Below are positions 37,335 to 52,923 of a stretch of DNA of 64,000 bases, one piece after another (the stretch's first letter is position 1; each line of letters begins with the position of its first letter). The DNA comes from the human T2T-CHM13v2.0 reference genome, Homo sapiens. Under the pieces are notes generated by a model. The model had not been told where the DNA came from, did not search any database, and worked only from the letters and a program-made list of their open reading frames with translations. The position numbers and the translations under genes are program-made. The stretch lies in NCBI RefSeq assembly GCF_009914755.1, contig NC_060944.1; one strand, 5' to 3'.

Positions 37335-38504
37335 AGTGCTGGAAGTTCTAGCCAGTGCAATAAGGTAGAAAAGGGAATAAAAGGCATACACATCAGAAAG
37401 GAAGAAATTAAACTGAGCCTATTTGCCACATCAACATCTACAACAACAAAATCCCAAAGAATCTTCAAAAAAATTTCTAAAACTAATAAATGAGTTCAGC
37501 AAGGTTGCAGGATACCAGATATACATATAAAAATCAACTGTGTTTTTATAAATTAGCAATGAACATAGGAACACTGAAATTATAAATACAATGACATTTA
37601 CAATTGTTCAAAAAAAGAAATACAAAGAATTAAATTTAATAAGACATTAGATATGTACAGGACTTATATGCTAAAAATGACAAAATGATGATTAGAGGAA
37701 TCAAGTAAAATCTAAATAAATGCAGAGACATACTATGTTCATGGATTTGAAGACTCAGCATAGGAAAGATATTCTCTCCAAATTGATATATAGGTTTAAC
37801 ATAATTCCTATAAAAATCCCAGCAAATTTTTTTTTTGTAGATATAGACAAGTTTAACAAATGTAGACAGAAAGAAAGACAAGGAAATAAAACAGCTAAAG
37901 CAATTTTGAAAAAAGAAGACTAAAGGGAGAGGAATCAGTCTATTCAATGTAAGGACTCATCATAGCCTAATCAAGACACTGATTGGTTTTAGCAAAAGGA
38001 TAGACACATAAGTCAATGGAACAAAATGAAGAACCCAGAAATAGACCCACACAAATAAGCATAAATGATTTTTGAGAAATGTGCAATCCTTTCTCAATGG
38101 AGAGAGTATATGGTCTTTTCAACAATTAGTGCTGGACCAATGGGACATCCATAGGCAAAAAAATTGAATCTTGATCTTAACCTCACACACAAAAAAACAA
38201 CTCAAAGTGGATCATGAACTTAAACTTAAAATGCAGAACAATGATACAGTTACAAAAAACCTAAGAGAAGATATTTGGGATCTAGGATTAGGTAAAAAGC
38301 TCCAGACTTGACACCAAAAGCAAGGAGTATAAAAGGAAAAATTGATACACTGGACTTCATTGAAATGAAATGTTTTTTTTGCTTTGAAAAACTGTCAAGA
38401 GGATGAAGAAAGAAGCTAAAGACTAGGAAAAAAATATTTGCAAACCGTATGCCTGATAAAGGGCTAATATCTAAACACAAAATTCAATAGTAAAAAAACA
38501 ACCA

Positions 38505-39150
38505 GTTATGGGTTGAATTGTGTTCTCAAAAAAGATATGGTGAAGATATAACTCCCAGTACCTCTGAATGTGACTTTATTTGAAAATAGGTTTGTTGAAG
38601 ATGTAATTAATTCAGATGTAATTAAGAAGTTAAAGTTATACTAGAGTAATCCAATATGACTGGTGTCTTTATAAGAGGAAAAGAGACACACAGAGAGAGA
38701 TATAGGAGGAGAGAATGCTGAGTGATATAAGAAGCAGAGACTGAAGGATTGCTGGCTGTCATCAGAAGAGAGGCATGAACAAATCCTTTCTCAGAGCCCT
38801 CAGAAGGAACAACCTTGCTATTTTTTTTTTTGCAAGTGATTCTCCTGCCTCAGCCTCCCTAGTAGCTGGGACTATAGGAGTGCACCACCATGCTCTGTTC
38901 ATCTTTGCATTTTTAGTAGAGATGGGGTTTCACCGTGTTGGTCAGGCTGGTCTTGAACTCCTGGACTCAAGTGATCTGCCCACCTTGGCTTCCCAAAGTG
39001 TTGGGATTACATGTGTGAGCCACTATGCCTGGCCACCAACATCTTGATTTCAGACTTCTAAACCCCAGAATTGTGAGACAATAGATTTTCTGTTGTTTTA
39101 AGGCACCCAGTTTATGGCACGTTGTTAAGGCAGCCCTAGGAAACAATTCA
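38505..39150 (+). mobile_element. MaLR solo LTR (MLT1B/C-like) with a partial - strand Alu at 38821-39034
   Basis: gttatgggttgaattgtgt...gcagccctaggaaacaattca. Confidence 0.85.
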
Positions 39151-40531
39151 ATTAGAAAATGGGCAAAAGAGATATTTCACCAAAGGGAATATACAGATGG
39201 TAAATAAGTACATAAACGTATGTTCAAAATCATTAGCTATTAGGGAAATAGAAATTAAAGCCACAATGAGAAATTACTAAATTAAACCTATCAGAATTGC
39301 TAAAATAAAAAATTGTAACAACACCAAATGCTGGCAAGAATGCAGAGAAACTAGAGCACTTTATCTTGTTGGTGGGAATATAATATGGTATAGCCACTCT
39401 GGAAAATAGTTTGTCAGTTTCTTGTAAAATTAAACATGCAACTGCCATACAACTCAGCAGTTGCACTCCTGGGCATTTATTCCAGGGAAATGAAAACCTA
39501 TGTTCACATACAAACCTCAACACAAATGTTCATAGCAGCTTTATCTGTAATGGTCTAAAATTAGAAACAACCCAAATATCATTCAATGGGTGAACGATTA
39601 AACAAACTTGAGGTATGCACATCGTCAAATGCCACTCAGCAATAAAAAGAAACAAACTATTGATAGATGCAATAATCAGAGTCACTTTCCAGATAATTAT
39701 GGTGAATGAAAAAAGCCAATCCCAGGTTACATACTGTATAAGTACACTTATCTTGATGTACTGTAAGAAATCCCTGATGTGATGGAAACCTTCTGTATGT
39801 TGACTGTATCAAAGTTAATATCCTGGTTATGATATTATACTATAGTTTTACAAGATGTTATCATTACAGGAAATTGTGAAAAGAGTACATAGGATCTTTC
39901 TGTACTGTTTATTGTAGCTGCATGTGAGTCTATAATTAAAATAAAAATTTTAATTAAAAAATATACAATGGAGCAACATCTATACAGGTCTGATGGAAAA
40001 GAACTGTGATATTAGAACTGTATATCCAGCCAAACTATCTTTCATTTGTATAGAAAAAAAAGAAAGAAGGAAAAAGACATTTTCAGACATTCAAGTACAT
40101 TTCTTTCTCTTTATATAGGTACGTAATCATTCCACTAATTAAAATCCCCCATAGTAATCTAGATTAAGGCTTCAGGTTATTTCAGCAAAGCATGGAAGAT
40201 GGAACGGGGAGAAGAAAGTTAAGTTGTGCTAATAGTTTTATTTTGAAAAGCTATAACTACTTAATTTAAAAAGTTGTTACAGAAGTATAAGTCTAAATAC
40301 GTGTTTTAAAATGTAGGGAGCCACAAACAGTATGTATAATTTTCATGACTAGCAGAGAGGAAAAAGCAGCAAAGAAACCTGGATAATTTCAGCAAAATAT
40401 AGGGTAAAAAGGGGAAGAAGGGGGGTCATAAGAAAGCAAATTATAGAAATATAAAATAAAATGGTAGGAACAAAACGAAAAATAAATCATGAGAAAAATA
40501 AATGGTTTAAATCCTATTTAAAAAGGCTCTA

Positions 40532-40829
40532 GGCCAGGCATGGTGGCTCACGCCTGTAATCCCAGGACTTTGGGAGGCCGAGGCGGGCGGATCACGAGGT
40601 CAGGAGATCGAGACCATCCTGGCTAACACGGTGAAACCCCGTGTCTACTAAAAATACAAAAAATTAGCCGGATGTGGTGGTGGGCGCCTGTAGTCCTAGC
40701 CACTCGGGAGGCTGAGGCAGGAGAATGGCATGAACCCAGAGGCAGAGCTTGCAGCGAGCAGAGATTGCGCCACTGCACTCCAGCCTGGGCGACACAGCGA
40801 GACTCCGTCTCAAAAAAAAAAAAAAAAAA
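40532..40829 (+). mobile_element. AluY-like, TSD aaaa(a/g)ggctcta
   Basis: gagatcgagaccatcctggctaacacgg; CpG-rich. Confidence 0.95.
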
Positions 40830-40884
40830 GGGCTCTAGCTTCCACGATTTGGCACACACACAAAAAACCCCAGAAAGACTCTAG

Positions 40885-41485
40885 GATGAGGAGAAGCTGG
40901 TTAACACGTACAAAAATACAGTTAGACACAAAGAATAAGTTCTAGTATTTTACAGTGCAATAGGGAAACTGTAGTTAATACTTTGTTGTATTCCAAACAC
41001 TACGAAATGAAGAAAACTAATTTTTTTTTTTTTTTTGAGATGGAGTCTCACTCTCTCGCCCAGGCTAGAGTGCAGTGGCGTGATCTCGGCTCACTGCAAC
41101 CTCAGCATCCTGAGTAGCTGGGATTACAGGTGTGTGCCACCATACCCGGCTAATTTTTGTATTTTTAGTAGAGACGGGGTTTCGCCCTGTTGGCCAGGCC
41201 GGTCTTGAAGTCCTGACATTGTGATCTGCCCACCTTGGCCTCCCAAAGTGCTGGAATTACAGACATGAGCCACCACGCCCAGCCAAGAAAACTAAATTTT
41301 AAAAGTAAAAAAAAATTAATGTATATTTCAAAATAGCTAGAAGAGAAGAATTTGCAATATTCCCAACAGAGAAAAATATTTGAGCTGATATCTCAATTAC
41401 CATGATTTAATCATTATACATTGTACACATATACCAAAATATCATGTGCCCCCAAAATATGTACAGCTATGCTTTAATCAAAAAA
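40885..41485 (+). mobile_element. L1MA-like 3' end containing a - strand Alu (41021-41285)
   Basis: tacaaaaatacagttagac...aataagttctag; atatttcaaaatagctagaagaga. Confidence 0.8.
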
Positions 41486-41630
41486 GACTCTAAAATTATA
41501 TAAGAACAATATTCAGCTTTATTATAAGAAAACACTTTAAATGATTCTAAGATATTTTTAAATGCGGGATGCAATAAGAAAATAAACAAAAATATAGCAG
41601 GCAAGTATAAGAAAGCAAGCAGGAGTGCTA

Positions 41631-42056
<426 letters not shown>

Positions 42057-42338
42057 CCCAAAACAAATAATATATATATATTATATATCTACGTATCTAT
42101 ACTGTGTGTGCGTGTGTGTGTATAACTTTGTGTCTTAACAAAGAAAACACCTTTTCATATGAATCTGGAACATCTACATTTAGATAAACTATTTATCATG
42201 CTATAGGAAGATTCCACAGAACAGAACTCTTAGAGGCCACAATACGTGACTACAATGTGTAAAATTAACTCAACAATAAAAAGATAAACAAAAGGAAACT
42301 ACTTATAAATTCAAAAAATAATCTTTAAAATGACTTCA

Positions 42339-42656
<318 letters not shown>

Positions 42657-43223
42657 TGACTTCTGTCTAGTAAGTAACTAAAACAAATCACAGACCATTT
42701 AGAAGTTAATCACATTGTGGGAAAAAAATCTCATACTGAGAGAAAAATCCATTACCTTCAACATGGGAAAAGTATTCTTACAGGCTACTGTGTAGGTGTA
42801 TAAGTGTAACTGATCGTATTATCAATCTAAAAAAGAATAATGAAAATAAATGGACACAAGAATTCAATTCTGGAAAGTAGAAAAAGAACAAATCAAACAA
42901 AATAAGCCAGAAGAAGGAATTAATAAAGGTCAAACAAAAATGTATGAATTAAAACAAAACAATGAAAGGAATTGAAATCAACTAACCAAAACACTAAGAA
43001 TGAGACAGATAAAAAAATTCTTATGCAGAGATTTAAAAACATCCATGAGATAATTTGAGTATTAATTTTAAATTCTAGAATAGATTTTATAGGAATATAA
43101 CCAAAACTGGCTCAAGAAGAAAACTTGAAAATATAGAAATATCTTCACAAAAAAGGCTTCAGACCCCAATGGCAATGAAAGTGGAACTCGCTAAACTTGC
43201 ATAGATAAGTAGTCTGCTATGTA

Positions 43224-43565
43224 CAGTAGTCCCTGCTTATCGATGGTAGATATGTTCACAGACCCCCACTGGATGCCTGAAAACCCGGATAGCACCGAGT
43301 CCTACGTTTTTTTGAACTGATAACCAAGACCCTAATGGGCAGGTAGTGTACACAGCATGCAGACACTGGGCAGGGGATGATTCACGTCCTGGGTGAGATG
43401 CAGTGAGCACGACAGCTTGAGATTTCATTACACTACTCAGAATGGTGAATAATCGAAAACTTACAAATTGTTTTGGGAATTTTCCATTTAATATTTTCAG
43501 ACTACAGTTGACCATGAGTAACTGAAACTGCAGAAAGCGAAACTGAAAATAAGGGGGAACTACTG
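43224..43565 (-). mobile_element. MER44A-like non-autonomous Tigger (Tc1/mariner) DNA transposon
   Basis: TIRs cagtagtccctgcttat / ataagggggaactactg, TA target duplication on both sides, 342 bp. Confidence 0.88.
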
Positions 43566-43661
43566 TAAACTGATTCAGAGTATACAAAAAAATGATGGAA
43601 AGCATCCCAACTCATTTAAAGGTGTAAGCATAATCCTGAAACTAAAACCACAACTTTACAG

Positions 43662-44226
43662 CAGAGTTCATAAACTCAAGGCCTCTGGACTGAATCTGGC
43701 CTGAACAAGTATTTTGTTTGGCCTGTACAAAATTTTAAAGATTGAGATAATTTAGATTTGGGAGATTTAACATAAAATTAGCAATTTCCAGCTCTATACA
43801 GAAAAAGGTCAGATCTAATAACCCTGGGCTCCATTCTTACACGGCAAAAACAGCCTGGAGCTGAGTGGCCTCTGCTCCCAGGCTGCCATGTTGTTGCACA
43901 ATTTGTGTGTGTGTGTTGGGGGGGGCAGGGGGAGGGGGCGGCCCTGAATGCTTATGGGTTACAGTGTAAGTGTGCCTGGCCCTATTGTCAACAGAATCGC
44001 CATTTGTCACCATTTCTACCACTCCTTATCACTTCCTAATTCTGGACCAAATGTAGGTTGCCACTTGTGCTTGGGCTGTTATTTTTCTCAACGTAAATAT
44101 TTCTACCTCTATCAAAAAAAATAAAAGAAAAGAAATTGATGGTTTCATGATTTTGCCTTCTACCAAGTGTATTTGGCTGATTCAATTTCCTGCCTGGCTT
44201 CTGTTGGCACTGAGTTTGTGCCCCTG
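43662..44226. mobile_element. hAT/Charlie-family non-autonomous DNA transposon
   Basis: Imperfect TIRs cagagttcataaactc / gagtttgtgcccctg; 8-bp TSD-like ctttacag / ctttacga. Confidence 0.7.
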
Positions 44227-44384
44227 CTTTACGATTTCTATCTTTGGTTTCCCCACATCAGATGACAGAAATACCCACTTATATTCTCTTTTATTTGCAT
44301 AGTTTTATGCCTTAAATTTAAATGTTTAATCCATCTTGAATTTATGGCATGGAAAAAAGACCTAAAATGGTTTTTCCAATTTAG

Positions 44385-44628
<244 letters not shown>

Positions 44629-44786
44629 AATATTTTTACATACATACATTACATATGAATTAGCATACCACTAATTCATATATGCTAGGGCAATATTTTC
44701 AACACTACTCTTCCTCTTTAATATTTTCAAGGCTATTCTTACATAATCTTTTTTTCAGCTAAACCAGTCTTTAAAATATTCTATTG

Positions 44787-45052
44787 GGCCGGGCACACTA
44801 ACTCACGCCTGTAATCCCAGCACTTGGGGAGGCAGAGATGGGCAGATCACTTGAGCTCAGGAGTTCAAGATCAGCCTGGACAACAGGTAAAACCCCGTCT
44901 CTACGAAAAATATAAAAATTAGCTGGGTATGGTGGTGCATGCCTATGGTCCCAGCGACTTAGTAGGGTGAGGTGGGAGGATCACCTGAGCCCAGGAGCAG
45001 TGAGCGCTAATCGCACCACTGCACTCCAGCCTGGGCAACAGGGTGAGACCTC

Positions 45053-45106
<54 letters not shown>

Positions 45107-45121
45107 AAATAAATAAATAAA
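44787..45121 (+). mobile_element. Alu (AluJ-like) with a microsatellite tail
   Basis: Dimer followed by (TC)n(AAAT)n. Confidence 0.9.
45054..45103. repeat. (TC)25 microsatellite
   Basis: Counted directly. Confidence 0.97.
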
Positions 45122-45184
45122 TGCTATTGTGAAGTTAATTGAAAGTACATTAAATTTATAGCTTATTTTGGGGAGAATGGGTCT

Positions 45185-46180
45185 TGCTATGGTTTGAGTA
45201 TCTGTCCCCTCCCAAACTCCTCTTGAAACCTAATAACAATTTTAACAGTATTAAGAGGTAGAGGGTTGGGCGCAGTGGCTCATGTCTGTAATCCCAGCAC
45301 TTTGGGAGGCCGAGGTGGGCAGATCATGAGGTCAGGAGTTCGAAAGCAGCCTGGCCAACATGGTGAAACCCTGTCTCTACTAAAGATACAAAAAATTAGC
45401 CGGGCCTGGTGGTGCGTGCCTGTAATCCCAGCTACTCGGGAGGTTGAGGCAGGAGAATCGCCTGAACCCAGGAGGTGGAGGTTGCAGTGAGCCGAGATCG
45501 TGCCATTTTGCACCCTAGCCTAGGCAACAGGGTGAGACTCTGTCTCAAAAAAAAAAAAAAAAAAAAGAGGTGGGAGCCTGCTGCAGTGGCTCACACCTAT
45601 AATCCCAGCACTTTGGGAGGCCAAGGTGGGAGGATCCCTTGAGCCCAAGAGTCCCTGACTAGCCTGGGCAACATAGGGAGACCCTGTCTCTACAAAATTA
45701 AAAAAATCAGTAGCCAGGTGTGGCGACACATGCCTGTGGTCCCAGCTACTTGGGATGTTGAGGTGGAAGGACTGCTTAGGCCCGGGAAGTCAAGGCTGCA
45801 ATGAGCTGTGATTGTGCCAATGTATTCCATCCACCCTACATGACAGAGTGAGACCCTGTCTCTACAAACAAAGTGAGACCTTTAATAGGTGATTAGGCTA
45901 TGAGGGATCTATCTTCATGAATGGATTAATGCCATTACCAAGGAAGTGGGTTCCTTATAAAAGGAAGAGTTCAGACCCCTTTTGTGTTTGTTTCTCTCTG
46001 TCTTTCCCCTTCTGCAATGTGATGCCCTCCACCATGTTATGATGCAGCAGGTACCTTGCCAGATGCCAGTATCTTGATCTTGAACTTCTTGGCTTCTAGA
46101 ACTGTGAGAAACAAATTCCTGTTCATTATAAATTTCTCAGTCTGTAGTATTCTATTATGGCAGCACAAATGGACTAAGGG
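45185..46180 (+). mobile_element. MaLR solo LTR (MST-like) interrupted by two + strand Alus (45264-45566, 45575-45871)
   Basis: tgctatggtttgagtatctgtcccc...ctagaactgtgagaaacaaatt...gcagcacaaatggactaag. Confidence 0.85.
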
Positions 46181-46628
46181 AGGTCTTTACATCCAGGCAC
46201 GTGGTATGTCTTTTCATTTATTCTAGTTTTATTTTACTACTTTCAGTAGATTTGTATAGCTTATTCATACAGGTTTTGGACTTTTCTTTAGTTTATCCCT
46301 AGTTACCATATATATATTTGCCTATACGTATTATAAATGGGGTCTTTTTTCCTTTATATTTTTTAAACTGGTTATTCCTAGCATTTAAAAAAGCTACTTC
46401 TTTGTATATTTATTTTGCAGCCTAACCTAGAAAAAATTTTAGTGCAGGTGCAACTAACTGCCATATAAATAAATCTTAATAAAGCACCCACAGAATACCC
46501 AGCTTGGAGCAGTGAGCACTCCAAGAAAAACTAGCTGCAAAATATACACTAAGACAACTAAACACAGTGACTTTCTGTGTAATCTTTTTATTTATATATC
46601 ACCTAAAATAATTATAAAAATACATATC

Positions 46629-47231
<603 letters not shown>

Positions 47232-47559
47232 GCTTTTGGCAAATTAGAAGTAATTCACTTCTTCATTGAGTACCTTTATGGCCTCTTGTGAGCTTCGGTT
47301 ATCAAGATTTTCCCAGGACCTAGTCATCCCTGGCAAGGCTGCATTTCTGGATATTTGAGGACCAGACACTGTAATGCAGCACCTCCGGTGGATATCCTGC
47401 ACTGAGAGGTTTTGAGCCTCAGCACCTAAGCTGGCCCTCCTGAATGATACCACTGCCTCACTTCCTTTAAGGTGCTCTAGTCTCTACAACTTATATTTCA
47501 AAGGTCTCCCTCTGTATTCCCAGTCTTTTATGATATTTTATAATCTGTAAACTTAATTA

Positions 47560-48660
47560 TTTGAAATAGACATCAGGGTTCCACCAGGGAAAAAGAGATC
47601 AGGGTTCAAAAATCTTTTATCTTCAAAAGGCAGACAGCTAGGCAAGAAATGGCTGGTGTTCCGTAAACATTTTTCTAAGAGTATCTTCTCTCTATTGTTT
47701 GAGTTTAAAGTTTGAGGTTATCCTTATTTTTTATTCTTCAGAGGATAACTCTTCTTTCTTTCAAGCTTTTTTTTTTTCTTTCAAATCTCAGTATACACCA
47801 GAAGACTTCTTTCCAGTTTTAAGAAACTGACAAGTAGGTATTTGGGTATTTTGTCTTTAAGTACCAAATCTGGAAATAAGTAACTCCGAAACCTCTCAGT
47901 CTGTAGGCAAAAGTCTATTTTTCTACAGTAACTTCTTTAATGTTTCCTTTTCTGAGGCTTCCTCCGATTTACACTCCTTCCCATTATTTAAAGGGCAGTT
48001 GGGCGGGGGAACAACAACAACAACCACCACCACCTAGGTTTATTGGAATTGCCATAATCAATTTGTCTATTCCATCTATGTTTTAATCGGGATCTTTCCA
48101 TTTAGCCTTAATTTTACTGACTACCTCATTATTTCGATTCCATTTTTTCATCAAAGGATGTTGTAATTTTAAAATATGTTTCATCGCAATGTTTTAGCTT
48201 TTTTTCATCTAATTCTAACCAGATGTATATATTTGTTTGAGAAAGGGTCTCACTATGTTGCCTTGGCTGGACTTGAACTCCTGAGCACCAGCAATCCTCC
48301 TGCTTCAGCCTCCAGAGTAGCTGGGCTTATAGATGTGTGGCACCATGCCTCACATTTAATCTACTTATTTTTTTTCCCTGATCAGTTCCTTTTAATAGCC
48401 TTTGTGTTTTTTATCCTTTCCAGCCCTGTTACTGACAATTCCAATTTCTTCACATTTTGGATTTTTTCTGTTTCTTCTGCTACCATTGTTTTCTCTGGGT
48501 TTGTGCACAGCTTTTCTCTTTGCTGCTGTTCCACAGTTCTAAAATCCAGCCTGAGGTGCTATCTTTGTTTACTGTAATTGAAGTTTGTCTACTTGAATAT
48601 TTTTTAAAAATTCAGATGTTTGTTATTTTGGTGAGTCTATTTTTACTCTGCCATATTCCT
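47560..48660 (-). mobile_element. Very old L1/HAL1 ORF1-like remnant with a FLAM-like Alu (48232-48352)
   Basis: T-rich antisense ORF1-like text; the Alu monomer is clear, the L1 call is weak. Confidence 0.45.
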
Positions 48661-48665
48661 AGTAA

Positions 48666-49017
48666 TTTTTTTTTTTTTTTTTTGGTGAGATGCAGTTTCG
48701 GTCTTGTTGCCCAGGCTGGAGTGCAATGGCACGATCTTGGCTCACCCCAACCTCAGCCTCCTGGGTTCAAGCGAATTCTCCTACCTCCGCCTCCTGGGTT
48801 CAAGCGAATTCTCCTACCTCCGCCTCCCGAGTAGCTGAGATTATTGACATGTGCCACCACGCCCGGCTAATTTTGTATTTTTAATAGAGATGGGGTTTCT
48901 CCTAGTAGAGGTCTGGTTTCTCCTTGAAGACAGTTTGAGGCTGGTCTTGAACTCCTGACCTCAGGCCTTGGCTTCCCAAAGTGCTGGGATTACAAGCGTG
49001 AGCCACCATGCCTGGCC
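48666..49017 (-). mobile_element. Rearranged Alu (AluSp-like) with a 33-bp internal tandem duplication
   Basis: Unit gcctcctgggttcaagcgaattctcctacctcc x2 at 48756-48821. Confidence 0.92.
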
Positions 49018-49169
49018 ATTTTCTCTATTTTTATGTAATGATGAAATCTATTTTCAATGTAAATCATTCTATTAGATCTTTATGAGACTTCACTTTGAGG
49101 GCAAAGAAGAATTTGACGTCTCATGTTCCCTTTGTTTTTTAACTGTTCTTTTCACAGGTATGGATTTAA

Positions 49170-50037
49170 TTCTTTTCTTTCTTCCTTCCCTTTCCTCCTT
49201 CCTTCCTTTTCCTCCTTGCCTCCTTCCTCCCTTCCTCCCTCCCTCCTCACTCTGTCGCTTGGATTGGGTGCAGTAGTGCAATCATACCTCACTGCAGCCT
49301 CGACCTCCTGAGCTCAAGGGATCCTCCTGCCTCAGCTTCCCGAGTGGCTGGGACTACAGGCACATGTCACCATACTCAGCTATTTTTTGAATTTATTTTT
49401 TGTAGAGATGGGGTTTAACCATGTTGCCCAGGTTGGTCTTGAACTCCTGGCCTCAAGTGATCCCCCCTGCCTTGGCCTCCCAAAGTGTTGGGATCAGAGG
49501 CATGAGCCACCATGCCCAGCGCCTTTCTTCTTCTGTTTTTGTGCCTTAGATTCAGTAGAACTCAAATTCCCTCCTGACATCTATATCCCAGGCATGAGTG
49601 TGCATGCAGTATAATTTTTTTTTTTTTTTTGAGACAGAGTCTCACTTTGTCACCCAGGCTAGAGTGCAGTCGCACAATCTAGGCTCACTGCAGCCTTGGC
49701 CTCTCGGGTTCAAGCAAATTTTCCTGCCTTAGCCTCCCAAGTAGCTGGGACTACAGGCACGTGCCACCATGCCCAGCTAATTTTTTTGCATTTTTAGTAG
49801 AGATGGGGTTTCGCCATGTTAGCCAGGATGGTCTTGATCTCCTGATCTCGTGATCCGCCCACCTTGGCCTTTTTTTTCTTTTTTTTAAAAGAGGCAGAGT
49901 CTTGCTGCATCACCCAAGCTGGATTGCAGTAGCATGATCATAGCTCACTGCAGCCTCAAACTCCTAGGGTCAAGGGATCCTCTTACCCTGGCTTCCTAAA
50001 GCATTGGGATTACAGGCGTAAGCCACAACTCCCAGCC
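49170..50037 (-). mobile_element. Alu cluster (49170-49522 J-like with a CCTT-rich tail; 49614-49870 truncated; 49870-50037 monomer-like)
   Basis: Three Alu-derived segments. Confidence 0.88.
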
Positions 50038-51005
50038 CTATACTTTTACAAAGAATCTGCTAATCAACATTTAACTATTGACTTCTACATGATTCATTGT
50101 TTTTTGATTAATTGATGGCAGCACTCTTAGGAATATGGGTTAGGGGGAAACAACACAGAGTGATGCAGAGACAGAAGGAGGATGAAATAGAAGACAAGTT
50201 ATAAAGGAAGAAAATACTCTCAGGTTGAAATTTACATCATAATTACACAAAGGCAGTGTGAAAAGAAATACGAAGCAATGAGCGGTTCCCATCTCAACAT
50301 GAAATAAACTCTAGGGGTAATACCATAACTACTTAATTTTAGAAAAAAGCTGATTTAGTTCCCAAGAAAACATGTTTTTTTCTGCTGTGAGGAAAATCAA
50401 AACGCAACAGGACAGCAATACCTCATTTTGGCACTCAAAACTATCCTCTAATTATCTGCAGATGTTTAATTTTAAATCTCTCTCAAGTTTGATGAATGGG
50501 CCTGTGAGCCTCTTTACTCAGAGCCAATTTTTAGTCTACATTAAAGACTCATTAGCTCCTGGTTCTATTAGGTCAGCATAACAGATATCTGCAGAGCACA
50601 AAACAAATATGATTCTTAAAAATTTGGTGTTTCCATGAAAAGAATCCCATAATAGAGGATTCGATGAGCCACATGAACAGAGGTTCTGAGATTCTCATAA
50701 TATTTAAAGAGCTCAGCCTCTTCTGTGATTGTACTGGACTCTTGGAAGGGGATGAGTGGGAACATAATTTAAAGAGTTTTCACTGCAGGCAGTAATTTAC
50801 AGTAAACTAGAGAGTATTCACTCTTAAGAGGCTGGCTAGATATATGAGAAAAACACAAGCAAGCATAGGTAGAGATCATGTAAATTAGGGAAATTAAACA
50901 AAAATTTTCCAGATGTATAGGTAACTAATCACATATGTAAGCATCTTCACCTTCAGCAGCAGCAGCAGCTTAAAATAAAAAAAAAAATTTTTTTTTGGTA
51001 TTTCA

Positions 51006-51324
51006 GGCTGGGCGTGGTCGCTCATGCCTATAATCCCAGCATTTTGAGAGGCCAAGGTGAGAGGACAGCTTAGGCCCACGAGTTCAAGACCAGACTGGAC
51101 AACATGGCAAGACTCCGTCTCTACAAAAAAATTTAAAAATTAGCCAGGTGTGATGATATGCACCTGTGATCCCAGATACTCAGGAGGCTGAGGTGAGAAG
51201 GTTGCTTGAGCCCAGGAAGTCAATGCTGCAGTGAGCCGTGATCATGCCACTGCACTCCAGCCTGGGTGACAGAGAATGATCTTGTCTCAAAAAAATAAAT
51301 AAATAAAATAAAAAATAAAAAAAA
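51006..51324 (+). mobile_element. Alu (AluJ-like)
   Basis: Full dimer. Confidence 0.92.
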
Positions 51325-51420
51325 TTGGTGTGTCCAGTAACTGGAATAAACAGCACTTATCATTAATGTTAACCTACTTATTCACTGGAATTAATATAGA
51401 GATGGCTCATGAAAAGAAAC

Positions 51421-51721
51421 TCTTTTTTTTTTTTTTTTTTGAGACATGGTCTTGCTCTGTAGCCCAGGTTGGAATGCAGAGGTGCAATCACAGATCACTG
51501 CAGCCTCAACCTCCTGGGCTCAAGCAATCCTTCTGCCTTAGCCTCCCCAGGAGCTGCAACTATAGGCATGGACCATGAAGTCCAGCTAATTTTTTTATTT
51601 TTATAGAGATGGGGTCTTGCTATTTTGCCCAGGCTGGTCTGGAATTCTTGAGCTCAAGGGATTCTCCTGCTTTGACCTCAGAAAGTGCTGGGATTACAAG
51701 CGTGAGCCACAGCACCAGGCC
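51421..51721 (-). mobile_element. Alu (AluJ-like)
   Basis: Full dimer. Confidence 0.92.
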
Positions 51722-52172
51722 CATATGAAATTTTTTGAAAAATATTTTGGATAATAGATTATGTTATTTGAAAATGGCTGTATCTTTTTTAATCCTTCAA
51801 GAAAACCAACCTGATTGTAAAGAAGAAATTAAAATGATTATTTGCAGGTGACGGTAAAATAAAAAAGAATCTTATTAAAAGAACAAAAAGAATACTTACT
51901 AATAAATACATGCAATCTGTATTAAGAAAATATAAAAGACACAAAAGAAGATGTGAATGACTAAAATACCCTCTTCTTGGTTGTAAAGACGCTAAATATT
52001 ATAAAGATGTCAATTTTCCTTAAATCTATCAATTTAATGCAGATACAATTCAAAAAAACTGACAGGGTTTGTCTTTTCTGAGAGGACAAGAGTGGTAAAA
52101 AGGCTAATTCTAGTTTAAAAGTAAAAATGAAAATGAAAGCACAGCCAGAAATACTCTAAAAAAGAAAAACCT

Positions 52173-52923
<751 letters not shown>

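Noticed and set aside
50954-50969. (CAG)5 triplet repeat
   Set aside because: Too short and intronic to matter.
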